This document shows, piece by piece, positions 1 to 7,809 of a stretch of DNA of 41,469 nucleotides; within the stretch, counting starts at the first letter, position 1; each line of letters opens with the position of its first letter. The notes under the pieces are model-generated. The model saw only the letters and a program-made list of their open reading frames with translations. It was not told the DNA's origin and did not search any database. Source of the DNA: Candidatus Falkowbacteria bacterium (GTDB lineage Bacteria; Patescibacteriota; Patescibacteriia; Patescibacteriales; VMTK01); the NCBI GenBank assembly GCA_043802685.1, contig JAZDKT010000078.1, positions 1 through 41,469 on the forward strand, read 5' to 3'. The translations under genes and the position numbers were made by a program.

Positions 1-155
1 CCTTTTGCTCGCAATGTTTCTATGTGTTCATGAACAGTGCTTACGGATTTTAATTTAAAATTCTTTTTTATCTCTTCAAGTGACGGAGCATATCCGTTTT
101 CTTTGATAGATTGTTTTATAAATTCGTAAATTTGTTTTTGACGTTGTGTAAGCAT
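1..155 (-). CDS. lexA: LexA-like repressor, N-terminal DNA-binding part only (gene runs off the window edge)
   Basis: Minus-strand translation from the ATG at 155-153 gives MLTQRQKQIYEFIKQSIKENGYAPSLEEIKKNFKLKSVSTVHEHIETLRAKG. This is the classic LexA N-terminal winged-helix pattern (GY.PS..EI ... STVH.H...L..KG). It is absent from the ORF track because it is truncated. Confidence 0.6.
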   Translation of the reverse strand, partial: MLTQRQKQIYEFIKQSIKENGYAPSLEEIKKNFKLKSVSTVHEHIETLRAK

Positions 156-164
156 AAAAAAGTA

Positions 165-193
165 TTGACATTTTATTAGTAATAATTTATATT
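165..193 (+). promoter_or_regulatory. sigma70-like promoter candidate (TTGACA-17 nt-TATATT) upstream of the 268..564 ORF
   Basis: TTGACA at 165-170, an exact 17-nt spacer, then TATATT at 188-193. The region is AT-rich, so a chance match is possible. Confidence 0.35.
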
Positions 194-267
194 AACAGTA
201 TAACCGAAAATTTACCGAAAATCAAGAAAGTTATCCACAATTTTAATAATCAACTAATTTAAAACTT

Positions 268-564
268 ATGACTAAATTTAAAAACACTCAAAAATTTACT
301 AAAACAAACATAAAAAAAATATCAGAAAATAAAGCTATTGTTTATAAAATTAAAAATTTTCAAGGAGATAATCTTTATACTGGAATCGCTGGCAGAAATC
401 GAGGACAAGATCGATTAAATGAACATAAAGACATATCAAAAGATAAAATTCCCGGTGGCACTAAATTTCAATATGCTCAGGTTAAAAATAAAAATATTGC
501 TGAAAAGATTGAGAAACAAATTATAAAAAAAGAACAGCCAAAATTTAATATTAAAGATAAATAA
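268..564 (+). CDS. small GIY-YIG (URI) domain-like protein
   Basis: IVYKIKN...NLYTGIAG....RLNEH....AEKIEKQII fits the GIY / YIG / Arg / Glu spacing of small GIY-YIG proteins (compare the LYTGIT...RL.EH type). Confidence 0.5.
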   Translation: MTKFKNTQKFTKTNIKKISENKAIVYKIKNFQGDNLYTGIAGRNRGQDRLNEHKDISKDKIPGGTKFQYAQVKNKNIAEKIEKQIIKKEQPKFNIKDK

Positions 565-723
565 TTATAAAAATATGATCCAAAAAATAAAAGCTACGGA
601 CACAATCAAGGATTCACGAGAATTAATTAACAAAAATTTTAAGGATTTGGAAGATAGAATAAAAAAGCTGGAAAAATTATTAAAAAATAATAAATAGTTT
701 TTAAAAAGCTGGCGGGGATGCGA

Positions 724-841
724 GAGGGCTTTAATTAGTGTTATTTAGTTTCCCTTAAATCTCTCGGATAGAGCCTTTGAATAGGGCGTTGTCCGCGGGA
801 GATAATTAAGGGTTATAACTTTCGCACTTAATAAAACCCTC
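724..841 (+). ncRNA. candidate structured RNA or long imperfect hairpin element upstream of the DUF1508 ORF
   Basis: The outer stem pairs GAGGGCTTTAATTAGTG (724-740) with CACTTAATAAAACCCTC (825-841). The inner stem pairs CCCTTAAATCTCTCGG (752-767) with CCGCGGGAGATAATTAAGGG (793-812). The element is locally GC-richer than its flanks. Strand and function are unknown. Confidence 0.3.
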
Positions 842-854
842 TAATGCGAAAACT

Positions 855-1031
855 ATGTTTCCTCAATTTCAGGTTTACATGGATCGCGCAGGCCAATATC
901 GTTGGCGATTGAAAGCCAGAAATGGCGAAATCGTTGCGGTTAGCGAAGCTTACACTACAAGGTATAATGCCAAGCGGTCTGCTGAACTAGTAAAAACGCT
1001 TGCTCCTTATGCGAGTATAGTATGTATCTAG
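855..1031 (+). CDS. DUF1508 / YegP-like small protein (58 aa)
   Basis: Hand translation gives MFPQFQVYMDRAGQYRWRLKARNGEIVAVSEAYTTRYNAKRSAELVKTLAPYASIVCI. The F.VY.D..GQYRWRLKA.NGEI.A.SE.Y pattern is the YegP/DUF1508 repeat signature. It is below the ORF-track length cutoff. Confidence 0.7.
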   Translation: MFPQFQVYMDRAGQYRWRLKARNGEIVAVSEAYTTRYNAKRSAELVKTLAPYASIVCI

Positions 1032-1114
1032 TTTAGGGATCACGTTTTCCTCGTCAGCTTTTTACAAATTAATTATAAATACATATCCTTGCTACTTCAC
1101 TCACAATAAATCAT

Positions 1115-1633
1115 ATGAATGAGCAAAAAATATTCGATTTATTATTTTCTAACCCCGATAAACTTTTTGCTTTGATTGAGCAAAGAGGTGGGAATTTAGA
1201 CGGTTTAAAAAAATTAAAAATTGGCAAATTAATGGCCAAAAAAAGATTTCCAGAATTAGTTAAAAAGGATAGTATTGATGCCGCTGAATTTGTTTTGTGG
1301 TTTTGCTATTTTGTAGAAATGGAAATAAGGGATTCAATTTTTTATGTTGAAACCAATCTACGCAAAGACCCCAAAGAAGTTGATAAGATGTTAGATAAAA
1401 TGACTTTTGGACAAAAAATTATATTCATTGAGAAGCACTATATTTCAAATCCAAAAATAGATGCTTATGTTAAAGTATTAAAAGATATAAAAAAATTACG
1501 TAATTGTATGGCACATGGTGAGCTAAATAAGTTATTTTATGGAGGGTATTTTTTATCAGATCCAAGAGGCCAACTTAAACTAGGAGTTGATCTTAGAAAT
1601 GCATCTTTAAGAAAAAACAATAATATAAAATAG
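1115..1633 (+). CDS. hypothetical protein with HEPN-like R-x4-H motif
   Basis: KKLRNCMAHGEL contains R-N-C-M-A-H (Rx4H) in a predicted helical context near the C-terminus, as in HEPN/Abi-type RNase domains. No other recognisable motif. Confidence 0.4.
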   Translation: MNEQKIFDLLFSNPDKLFALIEQRGGNLDGLKKLKIGKLMAKKRFPELVKKDSIDAAEFVLWFCYFVEMEIRDSIFYVETNLRKDPKEVDKMLDKMTFGQKIIFIEKHYISNPKIDAYVKVLKDIKKLRNCMAHGELNKLFYGGYFLSDPRGQLKLGVDLRNASLRKNNNIK

Positions 1634-1950
1634 AAAGAATTTGGCAACGAGTTATAATAGCGTGGAAGAAAAACTTGTCCACGCCTCATTGGGATCCCGC
1701 TCTCAATTAATATAGACATAAGTGGCGGGAAAATCGCCTAAAAGACGCGCCTATTTTTAAAAAAGGATTTGTGAGCGTCCGTCCCCCGAACCCCCTTCCG
1801 CCCGAAAACGCCTTTATTCCTTATATTTCTTTTTAAATTGAGTTCTGATTTCTTTATAAAATCCGAGCCAACCTAATACGCGTTTTGAGAGACCGGTTTC
1901 CGTCAGGAAACGCTCAAGAAACACATATTAGAGTTGTCATATTCAAATAC

Positions 1951-1976
1951 AAAAAGCACCTGAAAGGTGTTTTTTG
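1951..1976 (+). terminator. intrinsic terminator-like hairpin
   Basis: AAAAAG-CACCT-GAA-AGGTG-TTTTTTG: a short GC stem followed by a T-run, with an A-run before it (could work in both directions). Confidence 0.4.
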
Positions 1977-2005
1977 TTTGTCTAAAATAAGGTATACTGA
2001 ATAAT

Positions 2006-2899
2006 ATGAAGAAGAAGATAATAATAATTTTAATAGCAATACTACTGGCTATAGCTTTAGTTGTTGTCTATTGGTTTAAGCGTGGTGATGCCTGCCTGAC
2101 ACAACCGCCATACTTTAACTGCCATACGCAAAATAAATTTGATGATATAGATGCAGAGTTTAATAATTTATCGAACTGGTTAGGAAGTATGGGTGAACCG
2201 TCTGTTTTTAATGTTGATAAAAATGAAGATGTTTTTTCTTTTGAGCATATGGATTTTGACGGAGGAGTTGGTTGGACTAGAATTATGAAAAATGAAGAAA
2301 TTAAAGATTCTCTTGGGTTTTATACAAACTACATAGATCCAATCCTTACGCCTTTATCTGAAAATACTTTAATCGGTTCTGCCTGGCAGTGGCCGCAGGA
2401 TTCAAAATTATACAACGGACCATTTTTCAATTATTATTTAGATTTTAGAACTAGAAAAACAGTAAAATTACCAACCAAAGGAAGATTAATTGCTAAATCA
2501 CAAGACGGGCAAAAAGCAGTTTTTCTTGAAAGTGATTGTGATAAATACCCACTAACCCCTGAAACTGACCGTAATTGTAATAATCGAGATTTAAGTTTAC
2601 GTTTAATTAATTTAAGAGATGATATAGAGGGAATAACTATTAACCATTATTATGCAATGAATCGTCAGAAGGATAAAAGTTTTTTAGATTTTGGAAAGGT
2701 AGTTTTCTCACCTGATAATAAAAGATTAGCGATTGAAATTAAAATTGAAGAGATTGATTATGATACACCAAATGAATACTGGACTTTATTTATTGCCGAT
2801 ACTGAAACTGGAGAAATTATTAAACAAAATAACAAATTATCTAAAAATAGATACGAATATGTTTTCTGGTTAGATAATGAAAATATAATTTATTGGTAG
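2006..2899 (+). CDS. hypothetical secreted/membrane-anchored protein
   Basis: The N-terminal hydrophobic anchor is KKKIIIILIAILLAIALVVVYWF. The ORF is long and clean, with no recognisable catalytic motif. Confidence 0.6.
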   Translation: MKKKIIIILIAILLAIALVVVYWFKRGDACLTQPPYFNCHTQNKFDDIDAEFNNLSNWLGSMGEPSVFNVDKNEDVFSFEHMDFDGGVGWTRIMKNEEIKDSLGFYTNYIDPILTPLSENTLIGSAWQWPQDSKLYNGPFFNYYLDFRTRKTVKLPTKGRLIAKSQDGQKAVFLESDCDKYPLTPETDRNCNNRDLSLRLINLRDDIEGITINHYYAMNRQKDKSFLDFGKVVFSPDNKRLAIEIKIEEIDYDTPNEYWTLFIADTETGEIIKQNNKLSKNRYEYVFWLDNENIIYW

Positions 2900-2932
2900 A
2901 TTTAAAAAAATAATTATTTATACATTTTAATA

Positions 2933-4390
2933 ATGTTTTTAAAAAAAATTATAAAAAAGAATAGTTGGCTTTTAGTTTCTAATTTGATTATAAGTTTGAT
3001 TTTATCTTCAACGCGAAGAGGCGTTGACGCTATATTCTTTGATTTTGTGCCTGCTATATTTGTTTTGTTTTTATTATTACCCCTGGTAAGCGGGATTATA
3101 CTGGTATTAATTCAAAATAAAAACAGGAGTTATCAATTTTTGCCGAATCTATTAATTGGATCTTGCTTGAATAACGCTACTATTATTTTGGTTATAAATT
3201 CAACCGAATATTTCCGTCACGGTTATGCCTACCGCCAGTTTATTGATATTTTTGAAATGAGCCAGTTATTTCTTCCTTTATTTGCTATATCTGTTTTCGG
3301 AGGTTTGATAGGCTTGGTTATTAGAGGTACTTCAGAACAAATCAAAAAAAATCCCAATTCAAAAATAACTTTGGCAGGCAAAAAAATATTTGGAGGAATA
3401 TTTTTAAGTATAGGGACGATTGGGGCATCCATAGCTACCATGATTTTTTTGGTGTTAGTATTTCATCCCTCAAGTTCTTGGCTTAACATGGTGATGGTTG
3501 ATTTTAAACTCATAGAAGTGGTGGGAGTTATTCTTTATTATTTATTACTTTTGTCGGTTTTGTCTATTGTTCTTGTTACCTTAATTTTTATTATAATTCT
3601 GGGCTTAATGCTATTTTTTTCTAAAAAGAAATTTTTTAATAAAAAATTATTTTTTCGTCTGATTATATATTTTTTTATCTCCTTGGTGATATTTTTACTT
3701 CTATCTTCTTATACAGAATCTGAGTTTGAATTAAAGAAAGCAGAAATGAAAGAAAATAAAATTGAAGAACACTTTAATATTAAAGATTTTGATAATATCC
3801 ATGTTTCACGTTTTGTTGAATTTGATGAGATAAAAATTATTCAAGGCGATAAATTTGATATAGCGGTTAGGGGTAGTCAATATGACAAGATAGGATTGGA
3901 TTTTGAAAAAATGGATGACAAAACATTGTCTATAAAAAGATCTGAGCTTGAAACTTATTATAATACTGATACCTGGACAATGGAAAACAGAGACGCTCTG
4001 TTTCCTGCAGGTACAAAACATTTGGTAATAGAAATAACCATGCCCGATATTGAAAAAATTGAAATAGAAGGCGGAAACATTGAATTGACGAACTTTAAAG
4101 TAGACAATATAGAAATTAAGTTAAACAAAAGATTTAATAATATAAAAGGCAGTATTGCAGTTGAGGATACATTGAAGCTTGATGCTAAAGGAGGAATAAT
4201 TAATCTGGTCGGATCTAGTAAAAATTTAATAATCAATTCAGGTGATTGCTGGATAGAAATGGACAAATTTATGGTTGAGAACGCTTTTATCAGTGCGATA
4301 AACACGAGTAGATTGAACGTGAACGTCGACAATAACATGGAAATAAGGACAAGCGAAAATTCTGGTATTACAAATCATAATAATAAATAA
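2933..4390 (+). CDS. multi-pass membrane protein with C-terminal DUF2807/GIN-like beta-solenoid region
   Basis: The first ~260 aa contain about 7-8 hydrophobic segments. The C-terminal half (FDNIHVSRFVEFDEIKIIQGDKFDIAVRGS...LSIKRSE...IEIEGGNIELTN...) resembles the repetitive putative-adhesin head (DUF2807) pattern. Confidence 0.55.
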   Translation: MFLKKIIKKNSWLLVSNLIISLILSSTRRGVDAIFFDFVPAIFVLFLLLPLVSGIILVLIQNKNRSYQFLPNLLIGSCLNNATIILVINSTEYFRHGYAYRQFIDIFEMSQLFLPLFAISVFGGLIGLVIRGTSEQIKKNPNSKITLAGKKIFGGIFLSIGTIGASIATMIFLVLVFHPSSSWLNMVMVDFKLIEVVGVILYYLLLLSVLSIVLVTLIFIIILGLMLFFSKKKFFNKKLFFRLIIYFFISLVIFLLLSSYTESEFELKKAEMKENKIEEHFNIKDFDNIHVSRFVEFDEIKIIQGDKFDIAVRGSQYDKIGLDFEKMDDKTLSIKRSELETYYNTDTWTMENRDALFPAGTKHLVIEITMPDIEKIEIEGGNIELTNFKVDNIEIKLNKRFNNIKGSIAVEDTLKLDAKGGIINLVGSSKNLIINSGDCWIEMDKFMVENAFISAINTSRLNVNVDNNMEIRTSENSGITNHNNK

Positions 4391-4401
4391 TAATAAAAGT
4401 C

Positions 4402-4617
4402 ATGAAAAAATTTAAACCAGTAGTTTTAATTTCAATTTTTTGCGCTATTATTTTTTCTATAGTTACTTTTTGGGTGTCAGAAATAGATTGGCCAATATTC
4501 TTTTATTTAATTTTGGCTGGATTTTTTATGGTATGGATTCAGAAAAAAACAGTTACTTATAAATTTTTAGATAAATTATTAGTCGAATCCTTGTTTGGTT
4601 ATAAATTTGTGATATAA
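4402..4617 (+). CDS. small two-TM membrane protein, hypothetical
   Basis: Two hydrophobic helices (VVLISIFCAIIFSIVTFWV and IFFYLILAGFFMVWI), tightly spaced after the preceding gene. Confidence 0.4.
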   Translation: MKKFKPVVLISIFCAIIFSIVTFWVSEIDWPIFFYLILAGFFMVWIQKKTVTYKFLDKLLVESLFGYKFVI

Positions 4618-4643
4618 TTTAAATATAAAATTAATTTAAAAAT

Positions 4644-5768
4644 ATGAAACCAAAAATTAATAAAACAATAGTCTCGCAAATTATTAGTGGTTGTTTAAAA
4701 TTTCTAGCAGTAGTAGTTCTGATTCTGGTAGTTATTGTTATTATCATTCCTTCATTTTTAAGCATCGTCAAAGGAAAGGACATCTCACCTGTTGATGATT
4801 CTAAACTACAATTACAAACAATCAACATCCCTAAAGAAGAAAATGCTTTTTATGATCTAAACTATAATTTAGACAAAGTACAAAATTTAATTAATACAAA
4901 AAATGTCCCCGCAGGAAAACAATTAGTTTCTGATTATATAGAAAGCGATGAATGGAACCAGGAAGTTGTTAAACAGCTTTTAGCTGACAATGAAGGGGTC
5001 TTGCAGGATTTTAGTTCCGCTGCGGCTAAAGGGAAATTTCAACTGCCCTACACAGATGACCCCTCTAAAATATCAAGAGATATCCCTATTACACCATTAA
5101 ATGTTTATCGAGAAATAAGTCGTTTAAGTGGTGTCAAAGCTATTTGGTTGGCTAAAAATGGTCAAGACAAAGAAGCGCTTGGAGAAGCTTTTAAAGCAAT
5201 CATTGTTGGCAATGCTATTGAAAATTCACAAGGCCTTCTAATTACCCATTTAGTTGGTATTGCTATAAAAGATAACGGTTTAGATGTTTTGCAAAAAGTT
5301 ATCTCAATGATTCCAAAAGACTCCCTGGTTTTATCTGAATATCAATCTAAACTAGAGAATTACAAAGCAAAGGGGAACTCAGCTCCTTTTTCAATAGAAT
5401 ATCTCGTCTCTAAACAATCGTTGGATAATTTTGGACAAGATTATGATACTAAGTTAGGAGCAGGAACAAAAATTTTAATAAAGAATAAATTTTATTTTAA
5501 AAAAAATCTAACCACTAGTTATTATTTTGATTTTTTCAATAAACTAGCCGTAGAATCGAAGAAAGATTGCTCTGAGGTAAAAGAGATTCAAAAATCAACA
5601 AAACCTTTAGAAGAAAGTAATCTGATAAAAATGTATTTTACTGAGAATGTAGTAGGAAAACATTTTATGAAAATTTCTGAGATTGCCATGAATAATGTTT
5701 TGAAAAAAAAGTGTGCTACCGAAAACAAACTCAAAGAAACCATTTTAATTATTGATAATAAAAAATAA
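4644..5768 (+). CDS. hypothetical membrane-anchored protein
   Basis: N-terminal TM anchor (LKFLAVVVLILVVIVIIIPSFL) followed by a ~330-aa soluble region. No known motif recognised. Confidence 0.6.
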   Translation: MKPKINKTIVSQIISGCLKFLAVVVLILVVIVIIIPSFLSIVKGKDISPVDDSKLQLQTINIPKEENAFYDLNYNLDKVQNLINTKNVPAGKQLVSDYIESDEWNQEVVKQLLADNEGVLQDFSSAAAKGKFQLPYTDDPSKISRDIPITPLNVYREISRLSGVKAIWLAKNGQDKEALGEAFKAIIVGNAIENSQGLLITHLVGIAIKDNGLDVLQKVISMIPKDSLVLSEYQSKLENYKAKGNSAPFSIEYLVSKQSLDNFGQDYDTKLGAGTKILIKNKFYFKKNLTTSYYFDFFNKLAVESKKDCSEVKEIQKSTKPLEESNLIKMYFTENVVGKHFMKISEIAMNNVLKKKCATENKLKETILIIDNKK

Positions 5769-5871
5769 AATTTCAGATTGGTTAATAAACAAATGTGACT
5801 TATTCAAAATTAAATTATTTTGGTTCGAACATCGTCCACGACCCCGAGCAATGAAAATAAAAATGCCAGCG

Positions 5872-5895
5872 TCTTGGCATTTTTATTTTTATATT
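5872..5895 (+). terminator. intrinsic terminator
   Basis: AAAA-ATGCCA-gcgtct-TGGCAT-TTTTATTTTT, about 100 nt downstream of the 4644..5768 stop. Confidence 0.5.
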
Positions 5896-6099
5896 CTTAG
5901 GGGCAGGCAGGGTGAGAACCCTGAAGCTCCAAATGTTTTAAAATAATAAAAATCTCAAACGGTATAAAAAAATTATTTAAAATTTACCTAAGCGGTGAGA
6001 TTCCCTGCCTCCGAGCCAATAAAATATAATAAAAAGGGATAGCTCCCCAGTCATTAGACGGGGCAAGAGTTTTGGTCCAGTCAATCACCCCGCTCCCCG

Positions 6100-6354
6100 T
6101 TATGACCGAACAGCGCCGAGGAGCTTCGATTCCCTGCCTCCGAGCAATACAAAAAATGAAGGCGCCCCGATAGACCTCGGGGCGCCTTCATTTTTTCTGC
6201 GCCAAAACAAAACAACAGCAACCCCGCAAACCGCCATCGCCGCGAACCACAATAAATCATTTTGAATAATTTTGACTGGAAAAAATGAAGCAACCGCTAT
6301 GCCGATTATAAACGCAAAACAGCAAATTAAAAATATCTTTGATTTTGTGAACAT
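6100..6354 (-). pseudogene. possible remnant of a ComEC-type N-terminus (two TM helices) running into terminator hairpin sequence
   Basis: From the internal ATG at 6354 the reading is MFTKSKIFLICCFAFIIGIAVASFFPVKIIQNDLLWFAAMAVCGVAVVLFW, then the translation is hairpin/repeat-encoded. This resembles the start of ComEC/Rec2-like proteins as I recall them from CPR genomes. Weak call. Confidence 0.25.
6166..6207. terminator. strong bidirectional terminator hairpin (15-bp GC-rich stem)
   Basis: ATGAAGGCGCCCCGA (6166-6180) pairs perfectly with TCGGGGCGCCTTCAT (6187-6201). An A-run lies before it and a T-run after it. Confidence 0.6.
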
Positions 6355-6391
6355 AAAAACGCGTAACTCATAAAATTCCGTCTTGAAAAAG

Positions 6392-6438
6392 CATTGCCAA
6401 CTTGAGCCATTTGGACCAAATGGCTCAAGTTGGCAATG
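6392..6438. repeat. perfect 22-bp-arm / 3-nt-loop palindrome
   Basis: CATTGCCAACTTGAGCCATTTG gac CAAATGGCTCAAGTTGGCAATG, read directly from the sequence. Confidence 0.9.
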
Positions 6439-6530
6439 TCCGCGTTCGCGCCGCTGCGAGCGTCTCGACCGCTCCGAGCGGACGCAACGCGAAAGCAACA
6501 GCTTGAGCGGTGCGTACGCGGAATGCTAAC

Positions 6531-6601
6531 TTATGAGTTATGAGTTACGCGTTACGCGTTACGCGTTACGCGTTATGCGTTACGCCTTGCGCGTTACGCG
6601 C
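6531..6601. repeat. tandem heptamer array GTTA(C/T)G(C/A), about 10 units
   Basis: ttatgagttatgagttacgcgttacgcgttacgcgttacgcgttatgcgttacgccttgcgcgttacgcgc. The array overlaps the last codons of prfB (tail ...LRVTRKA). Confidence 0.9.
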
Positions 6602-7677
6602 AAATACGCTTCCATAAACGCTTCCAGATCACCGTCCAATACGCCGTCAACATCTTGAGTTTCATGATTGGTTCTATGGTCCTTAACCATTTTATACGGT
6701 TGCATAACATAAGATCTGATTTGCTTGCCCCACTCCGCTTTTTGCGCCTCGCCGCGCAATTTTAATTCTTCTTTTTCTTTTTCTTCTTCCTGTAATTTAT
6801 ATAATTTTGATTTTAAAATCTTCATAGCCGTTTCCTTATTTTGGTGCTGGGATCTTTCGGTTTGGCAAGAAATGGTTATGTTGGTGGGTTTATGGACTAC
6901 CCTGACGGCGCTGTCGGTGGTATTCACGCTCTGACCGCCCGGACCGGACGAGCGAAAAACATCAATCCGCAAATCTTCATCCTTAATTTCCATTTCCTCG
7001 GCCTCGGGCAATTCAGGAATAACTTCAACTAAAGCAAAAGAAGTGTGGCGCATCGCTTCCGCGTCAAAAGGCGAAATCCTGACCAAGCGATGCACGCCGG
7101 ACTCGCTGCGCAAATACCCGTAAGCCCATCTGCCGGAAATGCTTATGGCCGCGCTTTTTATGCCTGCCTCGCTGCCTGTATTTCTGTCTAAAAGCTCAGC
7201 TTTCCAGCCCTTTTTTTCAGCAAAGCGCAAAAACATCCGCTCCAGAATCTCGGCCCAATCCTGGGCGTCCACTCCGCCAGTGCCGGCATGAATTGATATA
7301 ATCGCGTTATTCTTGTCGTATTTACCGGAAAACAACACAAAAAATTCCAGCTTTTCCAATTGTTTTTTTAACTCACTGTATTTCGCGCGCGCGTCTTCGT
7401 CAATTGAACTGTCTTTTTCGTTTTCCGCCACAGCCACTAATTCTTCCAAATCCCTTATTTCCTTTTTTAAATCTTCCCACCTCTTAACTTCTGATTCCAA
7501 TCCTTCCAGCTTCCGGCCTGTTTCCACGGCGTGCTCGCGATTATTCCAAAAATCCGGCTTGCTTGCTTCCAATTTCAAATTTCCAATTTCAGAAATCTGG
7601 CCGTCAATATCTAAAAGCTCCCAGATGCCCAGGAGCCGTTCTCGCAATTCTTCAATTTGCTTAAGTATGTTTTCCAT
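6580..7677 (-). CDS. prfB: peptide chain release factor 2
   Basis: GGQ motif (SGPGGQSVNTTDSAVR), the RF2-specific SPF tripeptide (RISPFDA), and typical length (365 aa). Encoded in one uninterrupted frame. Confidence 0.9.
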   Translation of the reverse strand: MENILKQIEELRERLLGIWELLDIDGQISEIGNLKLEASKPDFWNNREHAVETGRKLEGLESEVKRWEDLKKEIRDLEELVAVAENEKDSSIDEDARAKYSELKKQLEKLEFFVLFSGKYDKNNAIISIHAGTGGVDAQDWAEILERMFLRFAEKKGWKAELLDRNTGSEAGIKSAAISISGRWAYGYLRSESGVHRLVRISPFDAEAMRHTSFALVEVIPELPEAEEMEIKDEDLRIDVFRSSGPGGQSVNTTDSAVRVVHKPTNITISCQTERSQHQNKETAMKILKSKLYKLQEEEKEKEELKLRGEAQKAEWGKQIRSYVMQPYKMVKDHRTNHETQDVDGVLDGDLEAFMEAYLRVTRKA

Positions 7678-7683
7678 AAAAAT

Positions 7684-7809
7684 ATAATGCTAATCCGCAA
7701 ACTATATGCAAATACCGCAAATTCTAATAATGCGAATTAACATTAATTGGTTATTTGCATAATTCGCAATTTGCGGTATTTGCATCAATTTGTAGATTCG
7801 CATTATTAT
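7684..7809. repeat. intergenic inverted word array (GCGAAT / GCAAAT / CCGCAAA family)
   Basis: The left half (7684-7738) and right half (7761-7809) are imperfect reverse complements. They share the exact 18-mer atgcaaataccgcaaatt. Confidence 0.8.

Noticed and set aside
575-697. 40-aa ORF MIQKIKATDTIKDSRELINKNFKDLEDRIKKLEKLLKNNK.
   Set aside because: It is short and AT-rich, with no motif and no clear ribosome-binding site. It cannot be distinguished from chance.
1660-1950. GC-rich patch (gcgtggaagaaaaacttgtccacgc hairpin; ...gtccgtcccccgaacccccttccgcccgaaaacgcc...) considered as an ncRNA such as SRP RNA, RNase P RNA or a tRNA.
   Set aside because: I could not recognise any conserved core motif of known RNAs or a convincing overall fold. 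It is noted only as unexplained non-coding sequence ending in the terminator at 1951-1976.
3229-4338. Antisense ORFs in the track, opposite well-supported genes. Examples: 3229..3441, 3806..4021, 3958..4338, and similarly 6725..7032, 7313..7687, 8178..8731, 12039..12221, 13407..13628, 14481..14678, 15320..15871, 16625..17317, 18061..18378, 20424..20873, 21191..21931, 22811..23008, 23987..24295, 27346..27994, 28436..28621, 29568..29963, 31620..31868, 34396..34674, 36579..36779, 36876..37196, 37934..38170, 38475..38727, 39465..39650 and 39890..40120.
   Set aside because: Each lies fully inside a longer opposite-strand ORF that has clear family motifs. Their translations are low-complexity or lack any motif. 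They are treated as shadow ORFs.
5999-6155. Possible tRNA or tmRNA gene suggested by TTCGATTCCCTGCCTCCGAGC(C)A.
   Set aside because: I could not fold a T-arm or acceptor stem or find the 5' half on either strand. The upstream sequence is AT-rich filler. It is kept only as a possible 3'-end fragment within a finding, not as an RNA gene.
5752-6498. Track ORFs 5752..5946(+), 6081..6293(-) and the long version of 6100..6498(-).
   Set aside because: They read straight through terminator hairpins, repeat boxes and the 22-bp palindrome, so most of the 'protein' is encoded by structural DNA. Only the two-TM N-terminal piece from the ATG at 6354 was kept, as a low-confidence remnant.
6580-7677. Programmed +1 frameshift in prfB.
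   Set aside because: RF2 is encoded here as a single uninterrupted 365-aa ORF. No in-frame TGA or CUU-UGA slippery site is seen near codon 25, so the autoregulatory frameshift appears absent.
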